DNA of 64,000 bases from Octopus sinensis (lineage: Eukaryota), in NCBI RefSeq assembly GCF_006345805.1, contig NC_043017.1, positions 26,660,001 to 26,724,000 on the forward strand, written 5' to 3'. The notes below the pieces were generated by a model. That model was not told the origin of the DNA and did not search any database. It saw nothing but the letters and a program-made list of their open reading frames with translations. Numbering within the stretch: position 1 is the first letter of the stretch; each line of letters opens with the position of its first letter. The translations under genes and the position numbers were made by a program. Of this stretch, positions 12,916 through 25,345 are shown piece by piece.

Positions 12916-13448
12916 ATAGATATACTACCATATATATATATTGGGGCTGTGCATACATGTACATGTATGCTGTATGTATTAAATCCATGTCTGTATGTAC
13001 TGTAGATTGTTACACGATAAAAAAGTATTGACCACTATAAACCATTAAGGTATCAATACAGCGATTGATAATTAAACGAAAACTGGTAGATATGTAATGG
13101 AGCTGAAAGATATAATGAATACTCAAGATCAATATATTGATTTACTTGTCATCGAATATGTAAATTTTTGCCTCTTGAATACCAAATACATGTCCACAAG
13201 ATTAAATGCCATAAAATTTCTTGTCGAGATTAATGAACGAATTGCGAAAGATGTTATATCAGACAGTTACTTTCCAAATATGTTGCAGAAGATGTGTTAT
13301 TGCAAAGGGCGGCATGTTTTCGAAGAAAAGAAAATTGATACCCAATGCATATTTACTTAGAAACGACAGCGTCGATCGCATCAGTCACTTATCGGTACAC
13401 ATATAGGCATTATGTAAGTTCCACGACATGCATTCTCCGATCGATACG

Positions 13449-13526
13449 GATATATATATATATATATAAATATTCTGTATATATATATATATAATATCAT
13501 ATATATATATATGTATACATATATAC

Positions 13527-13579
<53 letters not shown>

Positions 13580-13623
13580 ATATATATGTATATATATATG
13601 TATACATATATATGTGTATATAT

Positions 13624-13659
<36 letters not shown>

Positions 13660-13866
13660 CTATGTATATATGTATATATATGTGTATATATGTATATATA
13701 TATATGTATATATATGTATACATATATATAGTATATATATATATATCCATATATACATATATATATATATATGTATACTTGTATATATATATATGTAATA
13801 ATATATTATACATATATATATGTATACATATATACATATATATAACACACACAAGCACACACACAC

Positions 13867-13902
<36 letters not shown>

Positions 13903-13945
13903 ATATATATTATATTATATATATATACATCCATATATATACTTA
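13449..13945. repeat. About 500-bp interrupted (TA)n/(TG)n/(CA)n array
   Basis: Read directly. It is the source of the I/Y-rich ORFs in the track. Confidence 0.95.
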
Positions 13946-14724
13946 CATATAAACGGGAAAGAAAATAAGACAAAAGTAAGGTAATATTACAACTTGCTTT
14001 TATTTCATAATCTTTTCGTTCTATAGTTTACCATGTAAATTCTCGCATTGTTCCAGCCTAACGTGACAGATCTTTACAGTACACACACAACCAAATAACC
14101 ACCTCCCCAACCGCAGGCTAATGACTTGATGTATGAGTTAATACATTCTCGGGGAACTCTCGTAAAGCGAGCACTCGAAAGCAGCAAATAATACTCGAAA
14201 ATTGAGTAAGTGAGTGATGTAGGGAGGGAGTGTGTGAGTGACTGAGTGAGAAAATCAGAGAAGGACAGCTCGGCGGACAGAGGAAGCGATTCAGCATAGA
14301 TTTGAGAGAGAGATTTTTAAAGTAAATTTAACACTCTGAAGGCCTCCAGCACTTTCATTGCGTAACGTGACTCAACAGCTGATTACAATGCTGGCTCAAC
14401 GGTTCGTAGACATTTGAGAGATAAAATACGGAATTCATTAATAAAGTGAATATGAACCAATTATACTCGAGTAAATTTCACAGAAGTTCCTTGTTGAATA
14501 TCTTTGTAACGTAATAGCTGGATAATAGTGAAACCGTTGGCTACTAAATATAAAATCACAGGAAAATTGCAGCAGTGTCTTGTTCATCACGTTAAATGCT
14601 ATAACTAAATATTTTAAAGGAATTTGGATCAGCTTTGGTGCCAGATTTTCTTTGATGACTTGTATCCTTTAACTGCTCAACGGTATGAAGGACTACCTTC
14701 AAATGAAATGAAACAATTTCTGAA

Positions 14725-14920
14725 CTTCGGATTTTCCTTCCATTCTTTCAAGACATTTCCGTCGCCATCTTTCTCACGAAGAGTTTTGCTCGAAATGTCT
14801 CACACGCTATTTTATTTTCGTTACAAAATGAACATCAGCCAAATACATTCACTGTTCCTCCTTTTGAGTACTTTTATTTTATTTTATTTGTTATTTTATG
14901 ATTGATTTACACACACATCC
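14725..14920 (+). repeat. pLTR-like repeat with a mutated hammerhead-like motif (right arm of an inverted pair)
   Basis: CTCACGA(14773-79) A GAG ttttg CTC GAAA(14792-95) TG TC. Confidence 0.75.
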
Positions 14921-15464
14921 CTTGTACAATGTTACCAATCAGTGGAATATATTTACATCATATTTATTCTCAGTATATTTTGCAGTCGTAAACATTCAAC
15001 CATTTTCCGACTGTGAGCAAGAATTTTTTGTCCGTTATCGTACAAGATACAACCTATTAAAACTGAATCTTTTTCTAAGATCAATCTAAGACCTACACTG
15101 CACAGGTCACGATTAAAGAACCTAGTTTATTGCAACCTTGCGGCTCTTTCGAAGCTAGATATTCAGAAAATAATGGCATTTATCTCCAGTCCTTTACTGC
15201 TTTTGAAAATACAATGAGCTTCAAGAAACCTAATGTGGGCTCCCAATGCGATTCCCTCTTATCTACAATAACCTATTTTTGCGCAGTCGTACAATAACAC
15301 CCTTGCATTGGTTACATTTTAACATCATAATACCAGCCAGTTCCTTTATTCTTGTTCATGTATTATTATATTCTATTATTATATTCAATAGTATTCCGTT
15401 GACCATTTCTTTCTGTCTCTATTCTTCTATTCCAAGTTCTTTCTCGCTCTTAATCGACACAAAT

Positions 15465-15735
15465 ATACATGCATACACACATACACCAATATATACATAT
15501 ATATAATAGATAGATAGGTAGATAGATAGATGTACATATATATATACACATATATATGCATATACATACATATATAGTATATATATATATTATATATATA
15601 TATATAATATATACCTTCATTAAATAATATTATATAATATATATATCCATACATACATACATATATATATATACATACATATGTATATATATATATATAA
15701 TACATATATATACATATACATACATACATATATAT

Positions 15736-15783
<48 letters not shown>

Positions 15784-15790
15784 ATATATA
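15465..15790. repeat. Compound (TA)n/(GATA)n array
   Basis: Read directly from the sequence. Confidence 0.95.
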
Positions 15791-16294
15791 TTCACACATG
15801 TATTCCTAAAATGCCTAGCGTTGCAAACGTGTGACGCGTCCATGCTTCCACATATATCTGGTTACTTCATTTCACCCCCCACCCACCCCGCCCCCGCTTT
15901 TACTTTAATATGCATGGTCCTGTGCTATTGCCATTTTGCTTTTTTCTGTCATCATATCACTTTACAATAATTTCCCAATAATCCAACCGACTTCTACTAC
16001 GACCTCGCATGAATATTGTACTAAACGGAAATCAGAATATAGAGAAACGTAGATTGTCCCCTGTCAACGTAGATTGTCCCCTGAAGACGTATCAGAATAT
16101 TGCGTATGTTCAGCCTTCCCCTAGTGTCACGTATTCGTTCTGTCATCAAACCCTTTACTTTATATGAATCAGGCTCTTCCTGGATTTCCTTTTTTACTCT
16201 GTTTAATTCTTTATTCGATATTTCTAGTTTATCCTCCTAAACGCTTACTTTACGATGGTTCATATACGTGATCTCCACGACTACCACAGACCAT

Positions 16295-16341
<47 letters not shown>

Positions 16342-16396
16342 ACTACTACTACTACTACTACTACTACTGCTGCTGCTGCTACTACTGCTGCTGCTG

Positions 16397-16449
<53 letters not shown>

Positions 16450-16526
16450 ACTACTTCTGCTGCTGCTACTACTACTACTACTACTACTACCACTACTACT
16501 GCTACTACTACTACTACTACTACTGC
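16295..16526. repeat. Interleaved (CTA)n/(CTG)n trinucleotide array
   Basis: Read directly. It generates the poly-T/A, poly-L and poly-V/A ORFs. Confidence 0.97.
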
Positions 16527-16690
16527 GTAGCCGTATTTCGTCTGTTGTTACGCTGTGCGTTCAAATTCCGCCGAGGTCGACTTTGCCTTTCATCCTTTCG
16601 GGGTCGATAAATTAGGTACCAGTTACGCACTGGGGTCGATGTAATTGACTTATCCTACCTTCACTAGAAATTGCTGGCATTGTGCCACAC
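16525..16690 (+). mobile_element. SINE family B, 5'-truncated
   Basis: gcgtagccgtatttcgtctg...gttcaaattccgccgaggtcgactttgcctttcatcctttcggggtcgataaatt. Confidence 0.9.
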
Positions 16691-17120
16691 ACTCTCGAAC
16701 GCACACACACACGCACCCACTCGTACGCGCGCCTATAGGCACACATACATATTGTGTTTTCATACAGTTTTCAATAATTCACATTCACTCAACAGCTTTA
16801 ATATTTTATGTTACAATTCTGAACATTAATCTCTATCATTTGGCATAAATACATTGTATTGAAGGGTGCAATGCCCTTTCTTCACTTAAGAACAAATCTA
16901 CGTTAAATTCAGAAATGAAAGCATATTTTGTTAAATAAATCTCGCAAAAAAAAAATTACAGTAATAAAAAGAAAGTATGTTTTTCTCAGATTTAAAACAG
17001 TGCGTGAAGAACTTTTATTTTATAGCAAACCCTAGGTTTAAATCGACTTTCACTAAATAGTTGACAATTGTGAGTAAGTCCCAATTATTGCATATCAACT
17101 TCATATGGACACTCAATATA

Positions 17121-17512
17121 CTCTCTTTTACTCTTTTACTTGTTTCAGTCATTTGACTGCGGCCATGCTGGAGCACCGCCTTTAGTCGAGCAAATCGACC
17201 CCGGGACTTATTCTTTGTAAGCCCAGTACTTATTCTATCGGTCTCTTTTGCCCCGCTTAGTGACGGGGACATAAACACACCAGCCTCAGTTGTCAAGGAA
17301 TGCTAGGGGGACAAACACACACACGCATATATATATATATACATATATACGACAGGCTTCTTTCAGTTTCCGTCTACCAAATCCACTCACAAGGCATTGG
17401 TCGGCCCGGGGCTATAGCAAAAGACACTTGCCCAAGATGCCACGCAGTGGGACTGAACCCGGAACCATGTGGTTGATAAGCAAGCTACTTACCACACAGC
17501 CACTCCTGCGAC
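17121..17512 (-). mobile_element. SINE family A, full length
   Basis: Reverse complement of the 31606-32015 type element, including the (aaagagt) tail. Confidence 0.95.
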
Positions 17513-18518
17513 TATGTTGACAAATCGTATGTGATAACGCCACCAGTCACTAGGGTCCTTGGCATTTGTGCCCTTTTCTCTAGTTAAGTAGTTTAACGCT
17601 AAAATTAACCAGAGCAAGATAAGACAGCTCGACTCTCGGTAAACAAAAGAAAGACAAAGCTTCAACATGAATTGATTTTCTGGCATCTTCGAGATAAATA
17701 ATGGACAAACAAACAGACTGAAGCCGATTTTTTATATCCTACAAAGACGATTTGATCATTTATGAATATATTCATATTCAGAATACCCCCGGAGCAAATA
17801 TTTTGATAAATGATCGTGAGTTTTGCATCTGCTTAATATACACAGCCAGTTTGCAATCAAGAAACAGATGAAAAACACGACTATTTAATTATATCTGAAA
17901 AGCAACTCAGCACGTTTTATAATAAACATGAAAGACAGCAATTAACTTGTTCACATACGCTACAAATATAATAGTTGACCTGTTTCCTATTCATAAGTTA
18001 ATTCAATTTTAATCACTTTCGCATCTATCATGTACAACCCACTTCATGTTAGATCATCCAACCATGGCTTAACTCTCATTCGATGCAGTAGTTGCGGACT
18101 GGAAGATGTTCTGTGTTAGGAGCCACATTAAATGGCTAGCCGTAGTTCGGTTGGGTGGAGTCTCCAAAGACTCAAGATCACCGAGGTTGCAGAGGAGACG
18201 TCCAACTCATGTGCACCTGGTTAGACCTTACGCACAACGAAGACTCTTGGATCTCTAACCTAGATTAAACCAAGCTTTATCAAGCAAGAGTATCAAGCAA
18301 GCAAGCAGGCAAGAAACAACGCAATCTTCACAACACATCTCACATCACTTACTTCCTAGTTATAAAAAGATACGTCAATATCACCACAAAGAATTTGACT
18401 TATTTTTACACTGCTAAGTATTTTATTCCTTTTCACCTGTATTTCACTCGAATCCTGAGAACAACGTTGCTGTATGTCTTGAGAATAGTCACTATCTCAC
18501 GTGCACAATCTTTTTCAG

Positions 18519-18608
18519 AGATCTACCGCCCACCATATTTTGGCCAGCTACTAGAAAAAAAATATTCCTGTGTAACATCAATTCCACAGATGTTATCGGA
18601 ATTGGACA
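18519..18608 (+). CDS. Candidate internal exon (phase 1-1, 90 nt) of an unidentified gene
   Basis: Acceptor caatctttttcag and donor gtaaat. Open as IYRPPYFGQLLEKKYSCVTSIPQMLSELD. No homology recognised. Confidence 0.3.
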
Positions 18609-18724
18609 GTAAATTACTCTGTATGCAATTAGTGAGTTTTTTAATTGCTTACTGTTTATCATCTGACAATCGGAATTAACGACAGCTCACTGATTTATCT
18701 CCTCGCCTTCACCTCACTTCCACA

Positions 18725-18869
18725 TTCCTATATTTATATATGCATATATGTATGTATACACACGTACATATTTACACACGCACCCATACACGTACATATG
18801 TATATATTACATATACACAAACATATATACATACATAATTCTATACATATGTATTATGCATATATATGT

Positions 18870-18912
<43 letters not shown>

Positions 18913-18936
18913 TATACATATAAATATATATATATT

Positions 18937-18982
<46 letters not shown>

Positions 18983-19008
18983 TATATATCCATAAATAAA
19001 TATATACA

Positions 19009-19046
<38 letters not shown>

Positions 19047-19050
19047 AGAT
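18725..19050. repeat. Interrupted (TA)n array
   Basis: Read directly from the sequence. Confidence 0.95.
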
Positions 19051-19341
19051 AAATGGATATATACATATATGCGAGTGTGTGTATAGATATAGATGTATAT
19101 GTGTGATGTGTGTGGACGGTGTTAATGTATGCCTGTGTGTGTAGATGTGTGCTTGCGCTTAATATCATGTATATTTACGCTTTGATAGTTAATGTAATTA
19201 TACGAATATAATTGCCATTTTGTTGTTGTTGTTCTTAGTAACATTATAACAACAATTCCTCTTATTATTATTATTATTATTGCAACTATCATTTTTACCA
19301 ATACATATATACACACTTAGGTACATCCGTTCATACATACA

Positions 19342-19406
<65 letters not shown>

Positions 19407-19603
19407 GAAAGATGAATAATCTTGTAGTAGATTAATCAAAAGTTTAACCGATACCTAGTAGCAAAAATCACAGCAGTAAACAGCACGGTTGGAGGTACAA
19501 CCATATGGTGTTGTAACCGTGCGTTGGTGCGGATATTGAAATTAAAACATTATTGGTGATTGAAGAAATGGAGCTGAACGCAGATTGAACAGAAATCGTT
19601 TTA

Positions 19604-19693
19604 TTTCATTCTACACGTGTTTCGAAAGGCACAAATTACCAAAATCCGATTGAATAATGGGACCATATTGTGTCTTTCTCTTCAGGAAGAAAA
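19604..19693 (-). ncRNA. Type I hammerhead ribozyme motif with extended stem II (sense to the PLE ORF)
   Basis: Minus strand reads uuucuuc CUGAAGA gaaagacacaa...uugugccuuuc GAAA cacgug UA gaaugaaa. Confidence 0.85.
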
Positions 19694-20279
19694 TAGGAAA
19701 TCCGTTGGAAAAACAAAAACAGAACAGAGGCGGAGCAAAAACAAATCGAACTATGCTCCTAAGAGCCCATGGCGAACTGTTTATCAGTGTATGTTGAGAA
19801 CCGGTGGCTGAAGAATTTAACGGGTCAGGCATCGGTCAATCATGTGGGTGAGGGTGTGTGGGTGTTCTTTGTGACCGAGAATAAAGTTCTGACTATTTAA
19901 GGAATATTGGATGTTTTATAAGGGGCGAGAAAAAATCCACTTAGAGACGTTTGTGTGTGTATACTGTTCTATATATGTGTGTGTTGGCGTAGGGGTAGAA
20001 AACATTTTTTGTGTAGGTGTGTGCGTTTGATCGTTCGGCTGTCAGTGGCTACTGCCGCGAGAACCGTTGGGTGGCAGAAAAAAAATATATATATTATGTT
20101 TTATGTGTGTGTGTGTTCATCTAAGCCTGCCTTGTCAAGGAAACCCCCCGCTGTGAAAAAACCAAGCCCCGTTTGTCTAACAGGGGTAATTCCCCTTGCA
20201 GTGGTTAATCGTAGATATCTTAAAGGCTATTTCAGAATTTGTTACCAAGGGCTATGGGTGCCGGTATTATTTATAAACG

Positions 20280-20745
20280 CTATTTAAAAGCCAGATAAGT
20301 GTAACGCCGCCAATGGGGGCATCGAAAGGCCGACTGTAAAAGCCCGTTTACCATCCGGCCTCTGGCAAACAAAATATGGAAGAGTTCGGAGACACAAAGT
20401 TTGCACTGCCTTCTGCCCCTATCAAATGGGAGGGCCACCGACAAAATTGACCATTCCAGCCTGTAGCTTAAGTTCGTATCCTTCAGTCGCCATATTAGCT
20501 TACTGAGTCCCGTGGTCTGGCGCTTGTTCATGTCCCGAAAAGTTGCGTAATGGTTGGAGACACGCAAAGACAATCTTGAGGATGAGGCCCCTACATAAGT
20601 GAAGACATCTGAGTCCGTGTAAACGGACTCAGACGGCGTTTTTGATCTTGGAGTTCGCCGACGTGAATCTTATTCTGCTAGGATTAGTTCTGAAATTAGA
20701 ACTGCGTTCCTGTCACTATATTCGTTCCGAGACCTGCAGCCGCTT
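20280..20745 (-). pseudogene. Penelope GIY-YIG endonuclease C-terminal remnant
   Basis: DVFTYVGASSSRLSLRVSNHYATFRDMNKRQTTGLSKLIWRLKDTNLSYRLEWSIL...RQCKLCVSELFHIL...VN...FRCPHWRRY matches the PLE pattern YIG...R...H...T.LS..IW.LK....W.I...C.LC..E...C.H. Upstream GCRSRNE is separated by an in-frame stop. Confidence 0.85.
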
Positions 20746-21532
20746 ACTACTCTTATTTCCACTACGTCACTATTAACTATAGAATAACACCTGATTCTCC
20801 ACTATCTATCAGGGTGCTGTCATTGCTACTGCCCGTGGTGCTGCTATTGCGGGAAATGATGCTGGGGATGCTATTGGGGCTCTCTACCCTACTCCCATTG
20901 TTACCGTCAACCACAACACCCCTATTTATAACTATACCCCTAGTGGGTACTCCCTGGCTGGAGCTGAGATTATGTGTCACTGTACAAATTCTGAAATAGC
21001 CTTTAAGATATCTACGATTAACCACTGCAAGGGGAATTACCCCTGTTAGACAAACGGGGCTTGGTTTTTTCACAGCGGGGGGTTTCCTTGACAAGGCAGG
21101 CTTAGATGAACACACACACACATAAAACATAATATATATTTTTTTTTTCTGCCACCCAACGGTTCTCGCGGCAGTAGCCACTGACAGCCGAACGATCAAA
21201 CGCACACACCTACACAAAAAATGTTTTCTACCCCTACGCCAACACACATATATAGAACAGTATACACACACACACGTCCCTAAGTAGATTTTTTCTCGCC
21301 CCTTATAAAACATCCAATATTCCTTAAATAGTCAGAACTTTATTCTCGGTAACAAAGAACACCCACACACCCTCACCCACATGATTGACCGATGCCTGAC
21401 CCGTTAAATTATTCAGCCACCGGTTCTCAACATACACTGATAAACAGTTTCGCCATGGGCTCTTAGGAGCATAGTTCGATTTGTTTTTGCTCCGCCTCTG
21501 TTCTGTTTTTGTTTTTCCAACGGATTTCCTAT

Positions 21533-21621
21533 TTTCTTCCTGAAGAGAAAGACACAATATGGTACCATTATTCAATCGGATTTTGGTAATTTGTGCCTTT
21601 CGAAACACGTGTAGAATGAAA
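21533..21621 (+). ncRNA. Type I hammerhead ribozyme motif with extended stem II
   Basis: tttcttc CTGAAGA(21540-46) gaaagacacaa...ttgtgcctttc GAAA(21602-05) cacgtg TA(21612-13) gaatgaaa. G10.1-C11.1 closing pair and palindromic stem III acacgtgt. Confidence 0.85.
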
Positions 21622-21674
21622 TAAAACGATTTCTGTTCAATCTGCGTTCAGCTCCATTTCTTCAATTCACCAAT

Positions 21675-21717
<43 letters not shown>

Positions 21718-21985
21718 GGTGTGTATGTGTGTGTGTTAATATTTTGTGTTTAATCGTATTAATTATCACACTGCATACAATGCTGCCTTGGTTTTCTGAC
21801 ATTATGCATTTTGCAGAAACATTTCAAGGCTGTTACTCGATATTTGCCATTATTTTCCCAGATTTTGTTTCATTAATTAAACAATTCGTAACCGCGATTG
21901 TGTATAAAAAATGCCGATTTTATTTGTACGTTGCTTTTTTTTTTGTACGTTCTTCCACATAAAACAACCCCTTGGAAATTATTTA

Positions 21986-22401
21986 GGCGTAGGAGTGGCT
22001 ACGTTTTAAGTAGCTTGCTTACCAACCACAATGTTCCGGGTTCAGTCTCACTCGTCGTACTTTGGCAAAGTGTCTTCTACTAAAGCCTCGTGATGACCAA
22101 AGCCTTGTGGGTGGATTTGGTAGACGGAAACTGAAAGAAGCCTGTGGTGTATATGTATATATATGTGTGTGTATGTGTTTGTCTGTCTGAGTTTGTTCCC
22201 CCACACACACACGACAACATCGCTTGACAAACGAAGCTGGTGTGTTTACGTTCCCGTAACATAGCTGTTCGGCAAAAGAGACCGATAGAGTAAGTACTAG
22301 TCTTACAAAGAATAAGTCCCGCGGATCGATGTGCTCGACTAAAGGCGGTGCTCCAGCATGGCCACAGTCAAGTGACTGCAACAAGTAAAAGAGTGAAAGA
22401 G
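21986..22401 (+). mobile_element. SINE family A, full length
   Basis: Head ggcgtaggagtggc through tail actgcaacaagtaaaagagtgaaagag. Confidence 0.93.
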
Positions 22402-22641
22402 AAAATGTACTTTAGAATGTTTCTAAAATTAGCTATATAACCCCGGGCAAAATATCATTATTTCTGGAAGGGGCGTGTATAACGTTTTAAAATTTCTGCT
22501 TTACACTGGAGCATATTAAAGACATAATTTTGAATGTTATTCTTACTTACATTACAACCAATATCTGGCCGACTGCCACAAATACGCAAACATTGATACG
22601 TATTCATACATTAAAGCATGCATACACAACACGCCAATATA

Positions 22642-22872
22642 TATTTCTTTATTGCCCACAAGAGGCTAAACACAGAGGGGACAAACAAGGACAGACAAAG
22701 GGATTAAGTCGATTACAACGACCCCAGCGCGAAACAGTTACTTTATTTATCGACCTCGAAAGGATGAAAGGAAAAGTCAACCTCGGCGGAATTTGAACTC
22801 GGAACGTAACGACAGATGAAATACGGCTACGCATTTCGCCCGGCGTGCTAACGTTTCAGCCAGTTCGCCGCC
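22642..22872 (-). mobile_element. SINE family B, full length
   Basis: Minus strand ggcggcgaactggctgaaacgttagcacgccgggcgaaatg...gagttcaaattccgccgagg...gggcaataaagaaata. Confidence 0.93.
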
Positions 22873-22892
22873 TTTTATGAAGACGCCAATAT

Positions 22893-23010
22893 AATAAGTA
22901 CTAAACTAAAGAAATAAGTCCTGGGGTTGATTTGTTCAACAAAAACACTTCGAGGTGGAGTTCCAGCATGGCCAGAGTTAAATGACTGAAACAAGTAAAA
23001 GAATAAAAAG
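22893..23010 (+). mobile_element. SINE family A, 3' tail only
   Basis: aagaataagtcctggggttgatttg...ccagcatggcc...aaatgactgaaacaagtaaaaga. Confidence 0.85.
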
Positions 23011-23230
23011 CATATTCATATGCTATTAGTAAACAGCATTAAAGGGGTTTAACCATCTTCGTTAAATATTTGAAAAAATATGAGGTACGCTCACCTTGTG
23101 TGTACCTTCAATAGTTGTGCGACCTTTATGTACATTGAGCAATCGGTAAAAAAACAAATAAAACATAAATATAACAATGAAGACACCCGTTTTATTTTCT
23201 TTCGATTAGCGTTACATATTCTTTCTTTCT

Positions 23231-23439
23231 TTCTTTTACTTGTTTCAGTCATTTGACTGCGGTCATGCTGGAGCACCGCCTTTAGTCGAGCAAAATCGAC
23301 CCCGGGACTTATTGTTTGTAAGCCCAGTGCTTATTCTATCGATCTCTTTTTGCCGAACCGCTAGGTGACGGGGACGTAAACACACCAGCATCGGTTGTCA
23401 AGCAATGCTAGGGGGACAATCACAGGCACACAAACACAA

Positions 23440-23501
<62 letters not shown>

Positions 23502-23607
23502 GACAGGCTTCTTTTAGTTCCGTCTACCAAATCCACTCACAAGGCATAGGTCGGCCCGGGGCTATAGCAGAAGACACTTGCCCAAGATGCCACGCAGTGG
23601 GACTGGA
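23231..23607 (-). mobile_element. SINE family A, slightly 5'-truncated
   Basis: Matches 17121-17512 but stops at gcagtgggactgg. Confidence 0.93.
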
Positions 23608-24914
23608 ATCATATAAGTACTTGTGATGTTTTACCCTCGCAATTTTGTATTTTGCTGCGAAATTTTTCATTCACGCTCATTTTCTCCTGGTTCCTCATAC
23701 CATGGAAAACATGCTAACATCTAAATTCTTACAGTCTTCTGTTTTCCTCTCTTCGTTGTTTTCTTGATTTAATTCCTCTTCCCCTTTTTTTCACTCCTTT
23801 TTTTTATTTCCCTTGATTAAAATAAAATGCAACAACGTTACTAAATTTCTAATTTGATTATCTTTTTTCGTTTTATTCTTCGACGTTTTAGTTCATTTCT
23901 ATTCTAAACTTGCATCGTTTTGTTAAAACTTTCTTATTTCGATTACTTTATTTTTTTACCTTAGATTTCGCTTATTTTTTCACCTTAGATTTCTCTAATA
24001 TCTCTTATTTGTTTCTTAATTTATTTCTTTGTTAATTTCCAAAATTGTCCCTATTCTTTCTATTATTATCTATCACTTTTCTTTATTCATATTAAAATAT
24101 ATTCACTCACATTCCCTTTCTACTTCTCGTCACGAGCGCTCTATTTTCCTTACTCTCACACGCTTCTCCTATTTTCTTTGTCTCCCTTTCAATGGTTCTA
24201 CTGCATCTGTGTTTGCCACTCACTCATTCTGTCTCTCACGATTCTTCTTTTCTCTCCCTCTCTTACGATCTGCCTGCATTTTCTTATATTTTTTTTACTC
24301 AATCTAATTCCGCACAAATACTCAGTCGCTCCTTTTTTTGCTTTTCTATCTAGAGTAATTACATGCGACTTCCTATACGGTCCACATATTTTCTTTTAGA
24401 CTACTTATTCGCGTTTATTTCTTTAATCCTCTTTCTTCTCAGTAGATAAGCGAATAAACAAGAACAGCAACGAAAACGACAAAGAACAGACAAAACAAAC
24501 AAAACAGCCGCGAAAGAAAAAGGACCTCCTTAATCCTTTCCTCAATAATGTTTATCGATAGCAGCAAAGTTCAAGTCCTGATTACATAGCGATGTCTGCA
24601 GAAAAAAAAAGATTAAAGGAATAACCACATAATAGGTAGGGCGGTATCAGAGAATCTATTTCAATCATTGAAATAGAAGACACGCTTCTATGTCGTCTCC
24701 AATTCGTTGCTTATACTGTTTAAACCAACGATAGATCGACATTTGCAACTGTTCATACAATCACGTTAAATGAATGGTTGTAAACACCGAGCTATTACTC
24801 ATGCAATATTAATGGATATTCTTATTTTTGTTTGAAGTATCGTACAGAGGGGAAAAATCTAGGGAGCCGATATAGAGCGAATTATCAGTCCATAACAGAT
24901 GGGTATATATGCGT

Positions 24915-24931
24915 ATATATATGTGCTTCTA

Positions 24932-25027
<96 letters not shown>

Positions 25028-25092
25028 ATTCTATATATAAATATGTATATGTATATACTCATATATATGATTATATATATATATATGTGTAT

Positions 25093-25129
<37 letters not shown>

Positions 25130-25305
25130 GTAATATATATATATGTATATAGATAATATATATATATATATATATATAATATATATATATACATATATGC
25201 ATGTAAACGTGCACATTTGGTTGAATATCTATATACACACACATACAGACGTACATACACTACGTGTGTGTATATATAAATATATACATATATATATATA
25301 TATAG

Positions 25306-25339
<34 letters not shown>

Positions 25340-25345
25340 TGCGAA
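24915..25345. repeat. Compound (TATC)n/(TG)n/(TA)n array
   Basis: Read directly from the sequence. Confidence 0.95.

Larger units (their letters stand above)
19543..21683 (-). mobile_element. Penelope-like retroelement: 5'-truncated GIY-YIG remnant between 700-bp inverted pLTRs
   Basis: 19543-20242 is the reverse complement of 20984-21683 with only a few mismatches or indels. The spacer encodes a PLE endonuclease on the minus strand, and both arms carry a hammerhead. Confidence 0.9.

Noticed and set aside
14620-14682. 63-nt AG/GT-bounded open segment (NLDQLWCQIFFDDLYPLTAQR)
   Set aside because: Phase 2-2, incompatible with the phase-1 candidate set, and no homology recognised.
15079-15297. 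72-codon open frame after a possible acceptor at 15105
   Set aside because: No recognisable homology and no compatible upstream exon. A few frames this long are expected by chance.
16255-16615. Poly-Thr/Ala, poly-Leu and poly-Val ORFs (also poly-N/H at 61284-61604)
   Set aside because: Pure trinucleotide arrays with no splice context or flanking coding sequence.
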